Positions 36,714-45,889 of a DNA stretch of 64,000 bases are shown in pieces (position 1 is the stretch's first letter; every line of letters starts with the position of its first letter). The notes beneath the pieces are model-generated. The model was not told where the DNA came from. It made no database searches and saw nothing but the letters and a program-made list of their open reading frames with translations. Source of the DNA: a virus (Duplodnaviria > Caudoviricetes); the IMG/VR virus record IMGVR_UViG_2824987192_000002, positions 2,950-66,949 of that record; one strand, written 5' to 3'. The position numbers were made by a program, and so were the translations under genes.

Positions 36714-37141
36714 TGGCCTATCGCCTTCAACAGATCGCGCAAGGAGCGCTTGTGATAGAGCATGTTGATCTCCTCTTGGATCAAGGTCATGCGCTCGCTG
36801 TAGATTGCCAGCTTGCGATGGGCCGCTACCGAATGAAGCGCCATGACGTTCTGAGATACGATCGGATCAAGCCGGTGAAGTTTTTGCTGCCGCTTTTCTT
36901 CGATCTCGTCGTCTGAGAGTTGGCCGCTGATAAGGCGCTTGAGACGGGCGATCTCGTCTAGCCGCCAGTCTCCGCTGCCTTTAATGCAGCTAGCGTCGGA
37001 TACCGGAGTGCCCCATGGCTGAACCGCCATAAGCCCACCGACATTCATACCGGAAGGAAGAGACTTGACGGCTGTCTTCGCCGCTTGTGGACCGGCTATA
37101 GCCGCGCCGCCGATGAAGCCGAGGAAACCGCGTCGTTTCAT
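36710..37141 (-). CDS. Protein with twin-arginine (Tat)-like signal
   Basis: MKRRGFLGFIGGAAIAGPQAA. Confidence 0.6.
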   Translation of the reverse strand: MKRRGFLGFIGGAAIAGPQAAKTAVKSLPSGMNVGGLMAVQPWGTPVSDASCIKGSGDWRLDEIARLKRLISGQLSDDEIEEKRQQKLHRLDPIVSQNVMALHSVAAHRKLAIYSERMTLIQEEINMLYHKRSLRDLLKAIGQ

Positions 37142-37458
37142 TCCGCTGCCTCCTGCATGTCTTCCTCAAGCATGCGCTGCCAGCGTCGGAAACCATTCAG
37201 CTTCCGGTCGGCTCGATCGCCGTCGTATTCATCGTTGACCAGCTCGCGCAGCCACTGCACTGCTGCATCAAGGTCGGCGATCTCTTCGAACAGCGCTTGG
37301 CGGTTCGGCTTGCCGGTGACTGGCTCGCTTTGGTCGAGGCCCTGAATGAGACAACGGGCAAGGATGCCGGCAAGCTCGGTTGCTTCTTCGCATGCCTTAC
37401 CGAGCGCCTGGTGGATGAGCACGTCCGGCTCTGGTTTCCAAAGGGTGATGCCGCTCAT
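37138..37458 (-). CDS. MazG-like NTP pyrophosphohydrolase
   Basis: KACEEATEL..LFEEIADL. Confidence 0.6.
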   Translation of the reverse strand: MSGITLWKPEPDVLIHQALGKACEEATELAGILARCLIQGLDQSEPVTGKPNRQALFEEIADLDAAVQWLRELVNDEYDGDRADRKLNGFRRWQRMLEEDMQEAAE

Positions 37459-37715
37459 GCCTTCTCCTTTCGCTGTCTGAAAACCGACCCCGCTTCTTTT
37501 CTCGCGGCTCCGATAACCTCTCCGTCGCGGACCATTTCGCTATTGAGATAAACCAGTAACGCATCCGCTGCGGCTGCTCTTGCCTTCTCTTCCGTTGGAT
37601 AGATGACGGGTTTGCCGTGAGATTTGATGATCTCGTTGGTGGCTTTGTGCACCCGTCTGAACCAAGCCAGATAGCCATTGCGGACGGGTTGAGTGCCGAT
37701 GGCGAAGTGGTTCAT
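37455..37715 (-). CDS. Hypothetical protein
   Basis: ATGA-coupled ORF. Confidence 0.6.
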   Translation of the reverse strand: MNHFAIGTQPVRNGYLAWFRRVHKATNEIIKSHGKPVIYPTEEKARAAAADALLVYLNSEMVRDGEVIGAARKEAGSVFRQRKEKA

Positions 37716-38377
37716 CTCTCGGAACTGCCCCTGCGTCGAAGCTCACTGACTTTCTGATCGACACGTGCGAGATTCATAAGAACAGGCTTCAGTTCGTCAG
37801 GGGCGGCGTCGTAAGCCATGACACGGGTCGCACGCCCACCATTGAGCCTGGGAAGAACGCCGCGAGGAATCAGTATCCAATTCGCAGGATCTGTGTTCTG
37901 CCTGTTGCCGTCAGCTGCCTTCAAGCACATGCCATCCGGCACCGCGCCGTTGGCTTTCTCCCAAAGGTAAAGGTGCTTCAGCACATACCGGCGTTCATAT
38001 CCAGTGTGAAGGTTTTCCTCATCGACGCTGATTTCTATGTAGCCGTCCTTTGAAAGGCGCTCATGTCCGAGGAACTTGGTGTTATGCGGAAGTTGGCCGC
38101 GTTTGAATTGCGTCTTGCGAGCGTTCGGGGGGCGCCCACCCTTACCTTCTGGGCATGGAACCCCCTTGTTGTGTGGCTCCTGTCCTTTGGAAAAATAACC
38201 CGTGCGGCCTGTCTTCCACCCCTTACGCTTGCGTAGCGCGTGAAGGTTCGCGGCTGATACATCCGAACGCCCAAAGGCATCTGAAAACGCGCGGTGATAG
38301 TCAGCAATGGGGAGAAGACGGTTATCCTCAAGCCATGCCATCTCGGCGGCGCTATACGGGATCGAACGACCTTTCAC
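37712..38377 (-). CDS. HNH endonuclease-like protein
   Basis: TQFKRGQLPHN..KDGYIEI..KHLYLWEKANG..DGNRQN. Confidence 0.8.
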   Translation of the reverse strand: MKGRSIPYSAAEMAWLEDNRLLPIADYHRAFSDAFGRSDVSAANLHALRKRKGWKTGRTGYFSKGQEPHNKGVPCPEGKGGRPPNARKTQFKRGQLPHNTKFLGHERLSKDGYIEISVDEENLHTGYERRYVLKHLYLWEKANGAVPDGMCLKAADGNRQNTDPANWILIPRGVLPRLNGGRATRVMAYDAAPDELKPVLMNLARVDQKVSELRRRGSSER

Positions 38378-38658
38378 TTCTCGCTCCCGTCAGCGATAGC
38401 CTTACCTTCGATAGTGTCAGGCTGGCGGAAGATCGTCGGTAGCATTGGCTTGAAGCGGTCGCCGTGATTGGCAACGAGAGTTGCCGCCTTCAAGGATAGA
38501 TCCGAATTGCGGATGATCTGCTCGCTGACACCAACAATAGCATCGGCGCGCTTCACTTCGTTTTCTATCTGCTCTGTTGTCAGGTTCTCATCACACAGCC
38601 GTTCAAGCTGCGAAAAAAGATGATTGTTAAGATCAATAAGGCGGTTCTTCATGCTCAT
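38374..38658 (-). CDS. Conserved phage protein coupled to the HNH gene
   Basis: KNRLIDLNNHLFSQLERL..EVKRADAI. Confidence 0.75.
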   Translation of the reverse strand: MSMKNRLIDLNNHLFSQLERLCDENLTTEQIENEVKRADAIVGVSEQIIRNSDLSLKAATLVANHGDRFKPMLPTIFRQPDTIEGKAIADGSEK

Positions 38659-38754
38659 CTCCTCGATGAAAACTGTTTCGCTAACTTCGCCATCACACTC
38701 CAAGACTCCCCTGCCCCGAAGCGCCCAAGTCTTCGAACTGTGTCCGCGCTCCGT

Positions 38755-39606
38755 TCATGCTGCCTCTCCGAAAAGGTCCATTTGCCCCTTGGCCTCGGGT
38801 GGATTTGGTGTTGTCGGCTGTGGCTCAGAATCTGCCGCGGGCTTTGAGGTGATTGCCTCGACTTCCTTCTCTTCGAAATCGCAGCACACAACCTCACAGA
38901 TGGGCGATACACTGCGCCAGGCATCCTTGTAGCAAGCAGTATCGATGCCGCATGACGGGCCGAGATAAATGCCGGTCTTCTGTTGGAAATCGAAGGCTTT
39001 GCCGCTGGTATCTCGCCGATAGGTCTGGTCTCCGCTGTACCGGAATCCTGCCGACATTTGCGGAAGGATGAAGGCGCCGTAGTTTGCTAGATGGGCGGCA
39101 ATGTCGATCACATGGAATTCGAACTCAGCGCCAGTGTATCTTGGCGCGCCCTTCCCTTCGGGTCGCTTGATCTTGCCGAAGGGCGGGTTGCTGATCGCGA
39201 TATCGAAGTGGCCCAGATCCATATCCAGCACATCGAAGACGCTTGCTTCGATCCATCTGGCTTCTGGGAGGAGTTTCTTGCCAACGGCGATATAGTCGGG
39301 ATTGATCTCAATACAGGTGATATCTAGCGGCGTCCCGCTCCAGCGATGCATCATGCTTGCCGCGAACGAGAGGATGCCTATGCCGGCGCAAAGGTCGATC
39401 ATTCGACCCGAGAACGTCTCAATCGCAAAGTCTCGCGCCAATTCGTATGGGGTGAAGAAAGCACCGGCCACGGTGTTGATATGCGAGGCGGACTCCTGCC
39501 AGTTGTCGATAACGAAGAACTTCTCATCTTCAGTCAGCACATCTTTGCTGAGTAGATCGCAAGCCTGTTGATGCGCCTTGGCTTCGGCCTTGGTGAGCTT
39601 CGCCAT
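38755..39606 (-). CDS. Amino (N6A/N4C) DNA methyltransferase
   Basis: AFFTP, IDLCAGIG (motif I), ISNPPFG (motif IV). Confidence 0.85.
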   Translation of the reverse strand: MAKLTKAEAKAHQQACDLLSKDVLTEDEKFFVIDNWQESASHINTVAGAFFTPYELARDFAIETFSGRMIDLCAGIGILSFAASMMHRWSGTPLDITCIEINPDYIAVGKKLLPEARWIEASVFDVLDMDLGHFDIAISNPPFGKIKRPEGKGAPRYTGAEFEFHVIDIAAHLANYGAFILPQMSAGFRYSGDQTYRRDTSGKAFDFQQKTGIYLGPSCGIDTACYKDAWRSVSPICEVVCCDFEEKEVEAITSKPAADSEPQPTTPNPPEAKGQMDLFGEAA

Positions 39607-41048
39607 CAGATCATTCTCCCTTGCGGGTCTTCGGACCTCATGGACACATAGCGGGTATATCGAGCCTCAAATTTCAGGCGCTGCGTAACGGACGTATCGC
39701 CGAAGCGGCTCTTGATGACGCCGATCTCAGCGACCGTTTCGATATCCGCGCCGAACTCCGCAAAGACTGCGGTTATGTTTGCATGATCCTTCGGGCCAGC
39801 CGTCGCCAGCATATCCTTGCGGTACTTCTCTGGGCGATAGAGATATACGATGGCATCGTAGTCTTCACGGGCGCCCGCGCCGCCATAGAGATCCTTGCTG
39901 ATCGGACGCGGGTTTAGACGACGATCACCCTCCCCGTTTCTTTGATTGAGCATCAGAACAGCCGTCTTCGTCTCGTCCGCAAAGGATTTCCATTCGACGT
40001 TGATTTCGCCGGCAATGCGGTCTGGAGACTGCCGCTCGTCGCGCGGCTTGATCTTTTTGATGTGGTCTATGACGATGAATGGCGTCTTGCCGCCTTTGTG
40101 CTTGGCTATGAAGTTCTTTGCGTAACCAATTAGGCGAGGATTGCTTTCGCGATGGCAGCGGATGATGTCGATCGGCTGGGTGTTGATCCATGTGGCGAAA
40201 TTGATGCTCTGGTCCTGTTCGGATTGGCTCATCAGGCCATGCGGGTTCTTCTGCTGCTTGGAGTCGATCCCGTAAACCTGGGCTATCATCTGCGCTACGC
40301 ATTGGCCCTGCGATTGGTCATAGGAGAGGAAGAGGACCGGATGGCCGCACTTGAGGGCGTGGAGCATGATCTGGATGGTGAGGCTCGTCTTTCCTTCATT
40401 ACTTGCCGATAGAAGGCCGTAGAAATTTCCGGCTTCGAAAACATCCTCGTTCAGTACCTTGCGCAGTTCGGACAAGCCCACCGCAACACCGACCGAACCT
40501 TGATTGGCCGCCGACGCATTAAACCGGTCCATGTAGGAATCACCGGGACGCGCATGCTCCTTCGCGGACAATTCCATGCAGCGGGTGCGGATCTTCTGGC
40601 TTAGGCTATCGATCTCATCGAGAAAACCAGCAGTGCCCCACCGATCATAGGCGGCGGCAATCATGTCCTCCGCATCCTCGATAGCCCATCGAGCCGCGGC
40701 AGCTCTGATGATGTCCTCCGCGTGCTGGTTGACCATGATCACCATGCAGGCGCTGTTGACGAGAAGCGCCAGGTATTCCGCTACGGTCAGATCCCCGACC
40801 TTCATTGCAGACCGGATAAATGGCATGATCGATACCGTGGTGATCCGCTTGCCATCGGCGCGAAGCTGTTTCATTGCCTCGTATATCTTGCCGTGCAATG
40901 GCTCGTAGAAGTGTTCTGGCTCCAGTGGATGACGGATTGCATCGAATGCGTCTCCGTTCATCATGATGGCGCCTATGAGCTGCTGTTCTGCTAGAAGGCT
41001 TTCAGGGACAGAGCGAGACGTTTGGAGATTACGGGCGGGGGCTGTCAT
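39606..41048 (-). CDS. Replicative DnaB-like helicase
   Basis: AEQQLIGAIM..HFYEPLHGKIY; Walker A SASNEGKTS; IVIDH; LNQRN..DLYG..KSRFG. Confidence 0.85.
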   Translation of the reverse strand: MTAPARNLQTSRSVPESLLAEQQLIGAIMMNGDAFDAIRHPLEPEHFYEPLHGKIYEAMKQLRADGKRITTVSIMPFIRSAMKVGDLTVAEYLALLVNSACMVIMVNQHAEDIIRAAAARWAIEDAEDMIAAAYDRWGTAGFLDEIDSLSQKIRTRCMELSAKEHARPGDSYMDRFNASAANQGSVGVAVGLSELRKVLNEDVFEAGNFYGLLSASNEGKTSLTIQIMLHALKCGHPVLFLSYDQSQGQCVAQMIAQVYGIDSKQQKNPHGLMSQSEQDQSINFATWINTQPIDIIRCHRESNPRLIGYAKNFIAKHKGGKTPFIVIDHIKKIKPRDERQSPDRIAGEINVEWKSFADETKTAVLMLNQRNGEGDRRLNPRPISKDLYGGAGAREDYDAIVYLYRPEKYRKDMLATAGPKDHANITAVFAEFGADIETVAEIGVIKSRFGDTSVTQRLKFEARYTRYVSMRSEDPQGRMI

Positions 41049-41716
41049 GCGAACATCTCCCCCTGACGGGCGTCATTGCGGTCAAGCATGCGGAGAATGG
41101 TTTCGCCTTTGTGCGCCTTATCCCAAATGAACCAGGCATTGAGCATGGGAGGAGCGCCCTGCCCGGTGAAGTCGATCTTCCAGCGCATGAGGTAGACGCG
41201 GGCCGGAGGGTGCGCGGCGTAGAACTGCTTGAGCCCCCCAGCGCCAGGCCATCCCCAATTCATCAGGAGGCCCATGTATTCGACATCGAGAACATCAAGA
41301 GCGTGTTTCAGCCAGCGGGCCTTGCCGTTCCCCCAACCACATTCTGCAAACGGAGGATTTTCAAGAATGGCCGTCGCCGGGGCTTCTGAATATTCGTAGA
41401 AGCTTTTGATCTCTGCTCCGCATCCACGGTCAACCAAATCGCTATCGTAGGTATTCAGCCCATGCGCACGCAGTTCCCGGCCGATAACGCCAGTGCCACA
41501 GGCCGGCCCCCAAATAAGAGGGAAATCTTTGAGGCGATCTATCTCGGCGTGGATGATGGCGCGAATGGGTTCGATCGGAGTCGGGTAAAACTCGTCCTTC
41601 TCACGCTCCAGCGCGTCCACCTTGACGATATTGCCTTCGAGGTCGCGCACGGCGACGGGCTTTGACTTCTTGCCAGTCGCGCGGAATAGCCCGCGTGCAG
41701 ATGTCGCAGTGTTCAT
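41045..41716 (-). CDS. Amino DNA methyltransferase-like protein
   Basis: DEFYPTP, IWGPACGTG, ENPPF, AWFIW. Confidence 0.8.
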   Translation of the reverse strand: MNTATSARGLFRATGKKSKPVAVRDLEGNIVKVDALEREKDEFYPTPIEPIRAIIHAEIDRLKDFPLIWGPACGTGVIGRELRAHGLNTYDSDLVDRGCGAEIKSFYEYSEAPATAILENPPFAECGWGNGKARWLKHALDVLDVEYMGLLMNWGWPGAGGLKQFYAAHPPARVYLMRWKIDFTGQGAPPMLNAWFIWDKAHKGETILRMLDRNDARQGEMFA

Positions 41717-42297
41717 GCTGCAGCACTCCGCTCGTTACGGCGCTGCAGGAGGGCAAGGAAAGCAGGCTCGTATCGACGCGCATGGAGCTTTGCACCCCGC
41801 CAGCAGATCGCAAGGGCGCAGCTCTCCGCGGCATTATGGCTGATTGCCTTCTGTGCAGGCAGAGTGATCTCCAGCCGCTCGCATTCGGCTACCGCCGCGG
41901 CCTTCCAATCCTTCTTGCCCTTGTTGTCGAGCGGCGGTTGAAAGCGTTCACCGAAGAACAGCTTCCGCCATGTTGCCGGCGGTATTGTTCCATACGCGAT
42001 TCCAAAGTTGGATATTGTGGCGACAATGGCCGAGGTAGCAATCCAGGGATAGAGCATTGCATCGGCGCTCGTATTGCCGATCTTGGCTAGGGACTGCTCT
42101 TCCAGCACCACAAAATCAGGCTTGCCAAGCTCACGGATAAGCCGCGTTACCTTGAGGCCGATCTGGTCTCCGGTGAAATAATGGTCGGAACCTTTCGGCA
42201 CTTCCATGACACCGCAACGGATAGCCGAATGATGCTTGGAAGTGTCGTACCAGCAGTAACCGGTGTGCTTTGACGGGTCGAATGAAGCGATTATCAA
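41713..42297 (-). CDS. RuvC-like Holliday junction resolvase
   Basis: IIASFDPSKHTGY, VVLEE, PATWRK, HNAAESCALA; TTGA-coupled. Confidence 0.75.
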   Translation of the reverse strand: MIIASFDPSKHTGYCWYDTSKHHSAIRCGVMEVPKGSDHYFTGDQIGLKVTRLIRELGKPDFVVLEEQSLAKIGNTSADAMLYPWIATSAIVATISNFGIAYGTIPPATWRKLFFGERFQPPLDNKGKKDWKAAAVAECERLEITLPAQKAISHNAAESCALAICWRGAKLHARRYEPAFLALLQRRNERSAAA

Positions 42298-42977
42298 GAC
42301 AGCTTCTCCATTCCGCGATGCGCCCGCCGCTCGGATTCCGTTCCCGGCCCGAAGGAAATACGCGCATGATGAGAGCAATAGGACGGGTGACGTTCGGATA
42401 TATGCGAACCGCAGCAGCCCATGTCCGGGCCCAGTTCGTTATCGACCGGGAATTTGCATTGCCCTCCTTGGAGATCGATGAGTTTGACCGGCGCAACGCC
42501 TTCCAACTGAAACTGCACCGCATCGAATATGTGCGTCTTCGCCTTGTTGTTCATCAGGGCTTCAACCGGAACTTCGGGAATACCCTTGATACGAACGACG
42601 GTCGGAATCCGTTTGCGCTTCGGAAAGCGATGCCGGTATTCATGTGCCCTGTCATTGATGGTCGTGGCACCGCACCCGAGAGCGGCGGCGATCTTCACCA
42701 CCAGTTCGCCAGCGGCCCACATACGCGCTGCTTTGTCCTCAAGCTCTTTCGTCCACATGAAGCGCTTTTTGGAAGGTTCGTGCGGTTTGGACGAGCTCGG
42801 CGACATGCGCCGTTGCGGGAACCTGTCTCGCTCGCGCCTGGCTAGACTGACGACGGAATTCTTCGTGCGGTTAAGACGATCTGCGATCTGCTGCGAGCTG
42901 TATTCGTCGCGCCACATCTGGACGGCGATGGTCTTCTCTGCGTCGGTCCATGAGTCTTGTTTGACGTGGATGCTCAT
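42294..42977 (-). CDS. GcrA-like regulator with duplicated N-terminal HTH
   Basis: WTDAE..SSQQIADRLNRTKNSVVSLARR; second WTKELE..IAAALG; C-term LIDL..QCKFPV..CCG..SYCSHHARI. Confidence 0.85.
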   Translation of the reverse strand: MSIHVKQDSWTDAEKTIAVQMWRDEYSSQQIADRLNRTKNSVVSLARRERDRFPQRRMSPSSSKPHEPSKKRFMWTKELEDKAARMWAAGELVVKIAAALGCGATTINDRAHEYRHRFPKRKRIPTVVRIKGIPEVPVEALMNNKAKTHIFDAVQFQLEGVAPVKLIDLQGGQCKFPVDNELGPDMGCCGSHISERHPSYCSHHARISFGPGTESERRAHRGMEKLS

Positions 42978-43399
42978 GCGAACGCCCTTTCCCGCTTATC
43001 GAACCCGGCATAGTGGATAAGTGTTTTGATTACCGGCTTCGGCACAGAAACCGCCACAGGAGGCCGCTGAGTGGCTTTCTCAGTCTTGGTTACCTTCCTA
43101 TGCTCTTGACGCTTCGTGCCCTTTGGCGCGCCAACGCGGGCGATTGTGACCACTTCGCATTGCTCGGGTCTGACATGGCAGACGAATTCCGTTCTGCCCC
43201 AGCGCCGCTTGGAGTTGATACGCTGCGCAAGGCCCATATCCGCCAGTTCGTTGACGATGGTGTAGATGTTGCGCTTGTCTTTGTAGCCGAGGTCATGGGC
43301 TGCATCGTCCATGTTGAAGGCGACGATGGAACCGAGTGGCCCCCATGATGAGAGATAGGCGAGCAGAAGCTCTTGCTGGACGGAGATTTTAGGTTTCAT
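42974..43399 (-). CDS. Winged-helix DNA-binding protein
   Basis: DAAHDLGYKDKRNIYTIVNELADMGLAQR. Confidence 0.6.
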   Translation of the reverse strand: MKPKISVQQELLLAYLSSWGPLGSIVAFNMDDAAHDLGYKDKRNIYTIVNELADMGLAQRINSKRRWGRTEFVCHVRPEQCEVVTIARVGAPKGTKRQEHRKVTKTEKATQRPPVAVSVPKPVIKTLIHYAGFDKRERAFA

Positions 43400-43409
43400 G
43401 ACGTTGCCC

Positions 43410-43742
43410 TCAGAATGATTGCGGCGGGGCGTAAAAGCAGCGGAGGGTGTCTTCGTCTGGATAGAGGCAGGCGTGATATCCGCCGTCTGTCGCCTCGCGC
43501 ACCTTGTCGTAGGGAATGAAGAAGACGTGTTGCCGCGTCACAAGGCGATGGTCGCCCGGATTCAGTGAAATTTGGTAGCCACCCGAGACGGCCTTGACGC
43601 TGCGGGATGGAATAGGCTGGCAATCTCCGCTCATGCCATCGCCATTACAGCAGTAGGCACTGTATTCCATGCCGCTCGGGGCTGTGTGCCCATAAGCAGA
43701 ACCTGCAACGAGAAGCGCCGTGAGAAGAACTGTCTTGCGCAT
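43410..43742 (-). CDS. Secreted Cys-rich protein
   Basis: Signal peptide ending AYG, mature HTAPSGMEYSAYCC..DC..YHAC..RCFYAP. Confidence 0.75.
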   Translation of the reverse strand: MRKTVLLTALLVAGSAYGHTAPSGMEYSAYCCNGDGMSGDCQPIPSRSVKAVSGGYQISLNPGDHRLVTRQHVFFIPYDKVREATDGGYHACLYPDEDTLRCFYAPPQSF

Positions 43743-43746
43743 GGCC

Positions 43747-43986
43747 TCAGTCCTTCTTGTGAACGGTGGTCTTGAGATAGCCGCCGATGAAGCCAAGTGC
43801 GGCTCCGAGTTGCCACATCGTCAAGCCTTCGGTATCGACGCCGATCCGGTGAAGGAAGCCGAGGATTTCAGTTGAGAACACGAGGCCGACAAGCCAACCA
43901 GCGAGCGCTCCGAACGCGACTCCGAGGATCGGAGATACAAGCGTCAGAACGAGGCTGAACAGCACGATAGATGCAATCTTTTCCAT
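43747..43986 (-). CDS. Small membrane protein
   Basis: Two to three hydrophobic Gly-rich helices. Confidence 0.65.
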   Translation of the reverse strand: MEKIASIVLFSLVLTLVSPILGVAFGALAGWLVGLVFSTEILGFLHRIGVDTEGLTMWQLGAALGFIGGYLKTTVHKKD

Positions 43987-44002
43987 TTGACCCAACCTTT
44001 CG

Positions 44003-44079
44003 AAAATGTCGGGGAGGCATTTGCGCCGTCCCCGACCAGTTCACCATCACCTCTTGGGAGGAGGATTAGGGCGACGGTG
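44003..44079 (-). ncRNA. Cuckoo-like (CCUCCUCCC loop) hairpin plus terminator-like hairpin
   Basis: 10-bp stem CACCGTCGCC/GGTGATGGTG around CCTCCTCCC, AACT linker, GTCGGGGA..TCCCCGAC-ATTTT. Confidence 0.6.
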
Positions 44080-44130
44080 TCGTACCCAACCAAGACGGAG
44101 AGGATTCCGGCTTGCGAAATTCGTGTGCCC

Positions 44131-44220
44131 TTAGCGGGTGGTGCAGATGAAGAAGGCGACAAGAAACGCCGCTATCGATGCAGCCACGCCAACAGTTGCA
44201 AAAGCGTCAGGCCAGCCCAT
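44131..44220 (-). CDS. 29-aa hydrophobic peptide
   Basis: MGWPDAFATVGVAASIAAFLVAFFICTTR with GAGGTGA RBS. Confidence 0.5.
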   Translation of the reverse strand: MGWPDAFATVGVAASIAAFLVAFFICTTR

Positions 44221-44228
44221 GGATCACC

Positions 44229-44789
44229 TCACGCTGCTTCATCTTCGGAGAACGGATCGGAGTCTGCCGGTGGAGAGGGTTCCTCTTTCGTCGCCTGCGC
44301 CTGGATGCGGGCCATGATGTCCGGCAACTCGGTTTCGTATTCCTTGCGTCCAGCGTCGTAAGACGATAGCCAGAGCTTGTCGTCGGATGACCCAGCATCG
44401 TAACAGGAGACACGGTCAAGACCGTTCAGTCCGGCGAAGAATCCCTTGGCTTGGATCATCCCTTCGGCATCAACCCGATCAACGCGCGAGAACAGATCGC
44501 CCTTGATGTTTGGATCGGGGATCAGACCCAAATAGGCCAAATTCTCCATATCGCGCTTCAGCTTATCGACCGGCTTCTGCTGGTCTTCGGCCTCGAAGGA
44601 CTTCAGCAGATGGTCGAGCTGCGATGACGGGATGCCAGCGGCCTTGGCATTGAGCCGGTTTGCTTTCTTGTCGGCAGCGAGAGCCTTTGCCCTTGCTGCA
44701 ATATCCCTGTCTGTCCGGTGGTAGTAGGCGAGCGTCACTCGCCGCTGTTGCTCTGCCTTTTGGCTGTTATCGCCTATTGTCGTCATCAC
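44229..44789 (-). CDS. GapR-like N-terminus fused to ribosome-modulation-factor-like motif
   Basis: IGDNS..ALAADKK..AKAAGI..LAYLGL; AKGFFAGLNG..YDAGS..WLSSYDAG. Confidence 0.55.
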   Translation of the reverse strand: MMTTIGDNSQKAEQQRRVTLAYYHRTDRDIAARAKALAADKKANRLNAKAAGIPSSQLDHLLKSFEAEDQQKPVDKLKRDMENLAYLGLIPDPNIKGDLFSRVDRVDAEGMIQAKGFFAGLNGLDRVSCYDAGSSDDKLWLSSYDAGRKEYETELPDIMARIQAQATKEEPSPPADSDPFSEDEAA

Positions 44790-44791
44790 GT

Positions 44792-45226
44792 TTAGCGTCC
44801 TTTCGCTCGCTCTTTCGCAGCGCGCACTTGCGCCGCCAGATCGTCCACATTGTCTTTAAAATCCGCCACAGCATCATGGCCGTGAGTCTCCTCGATAGCC
44901 TTCACGTCGTTCTGTAGCTGCGCGATAAGGGAGTTACAGAGGTTCAGGTAGGCCAGACGGATGCGCTTGCTAAGCCCAACGTCCACACCCTTCCTCTGCC
45001 CCTTCATCAGACGCTTGAAGCTGATTGCCGACATACCGCACTGACGGGCAACCTTGCTCAGGGCGCGCTCCTCATCGCCCCATCCGGCACTCTCGTGCCG
45101 ATACATTTTGTTGGCGAGTAACCTCGCCTCCTCCGGGCTAAATGCGTCGATTACGCACGACATCTTTTTCGCCTCATTCCCTGTTTTGGTTTTGACTGAT
45201 GAATGTTGACTTTCTGAGCAGTCCAT
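44792..45226 (-). CDS. HTH regulator (CII position); start uncertain
   Basis: ESAGWGDEERALSKVARQCGMSAISFKRLMKG. Confidence 0.6.
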   Translation of the reverse strand: MDCSESQHSSVKTKTGNEAKKMSCVIDAFSPEEARLLANKMYRHESAGWGDEERALSKVARQCGMSAISFKRLMKGQRKGVDVGLSKRIRLAYLNLCNSLIAQLQNDVKAIEETHGHDAVADFKDNVDDLAAQVRAAKERAKGR

Positions 45227-45278
45227 GAACGAAAACCCCGTTATGTTGGTCCTCGTTCGGGCGGTGCAGAGAAAGGAA

Positions 45279-45539
45279 TTAACCGCCGCTATTGAGCGAC
45301 AGACGTTGATAGACATTCCGAACGCTAAGGCTACCAACCGGAGCAGACGGATATGGAGACTGAACACCGAGGAGAAGGCTTCGCTGCTGCGAAACAAGAC
45401 GAAGCGCTTCGCTCTCGTGGATGTGCAAGAAAGACGCGATATCGGAGGTATCGTTGCCTGCTTTGAACAGGTTATAGGCAACAGCCTGCCGATCGCGGTC
45501 ATCGAAGATGGAGTCGTGTCGAGTACGGTTCGACATCAC
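45279..45539 (-). CDS. Small HTH protein
   Basis: LFKAGNDTSDIASFLHIHESEALRLV. Confidence 0.55.
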   Translation of the reverse strand: MMSNRTRHDSIFDDRDRQAVAYNLFKAGNDTSDIASFLHIHESEALRLVSQQRSLLLGVQSPYPSAPVGSLSVRNVYQRLSLNSGG

Positions 45540-45702
45540 GCGGCATCCGTGGAATTGAGGTGCTTGACGTAGGCGGTCAGATCGCCTTCCAAAGCTGCCT
45601 CATCGATTTCTTCCCGTGCACAGCGTCCATATACACGGCAGGCTGCGAGGACGAAGAATGTGACGAAGATTGACGCGCCACCGAATGCCAATAGGAAATT
45701 GC

Positions 45703-45888
45703 TCATTGCCGAAATCTCCGTTCATTTGTGCGTTCGCTACCCGCTTCAACAGCGTCCCTTGCATCGCAATGCGGGATGGAAAGGCTATCGCCAATGATGC
45801 GGTCGAAGTCGGATTCCAAGCGTTTCCACTCTTCGGAAGAGCGGGCTTTCTGTGCGGCCTGGATGAGACGTTTGCCGGAAGTGGTCAT
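45703..45888 (-). CDS. Hypothetical protein
   Basis: ORF within early operon. Confidence 0.45.
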   Translation of the reverse strand: MTTSGKRLIQAAQKARSSEEWKRLESDFDRIIGDSLSIPHCDARDAVEAGSERTNERRFRQ

Positions 45889-45889
45889 A

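Noticed and set aside
38755-41716. Restriction-modification or other defence system
   Set aside because: No cognate restriction nuclease or known defence gene recognised; MTases sit in the replication operon
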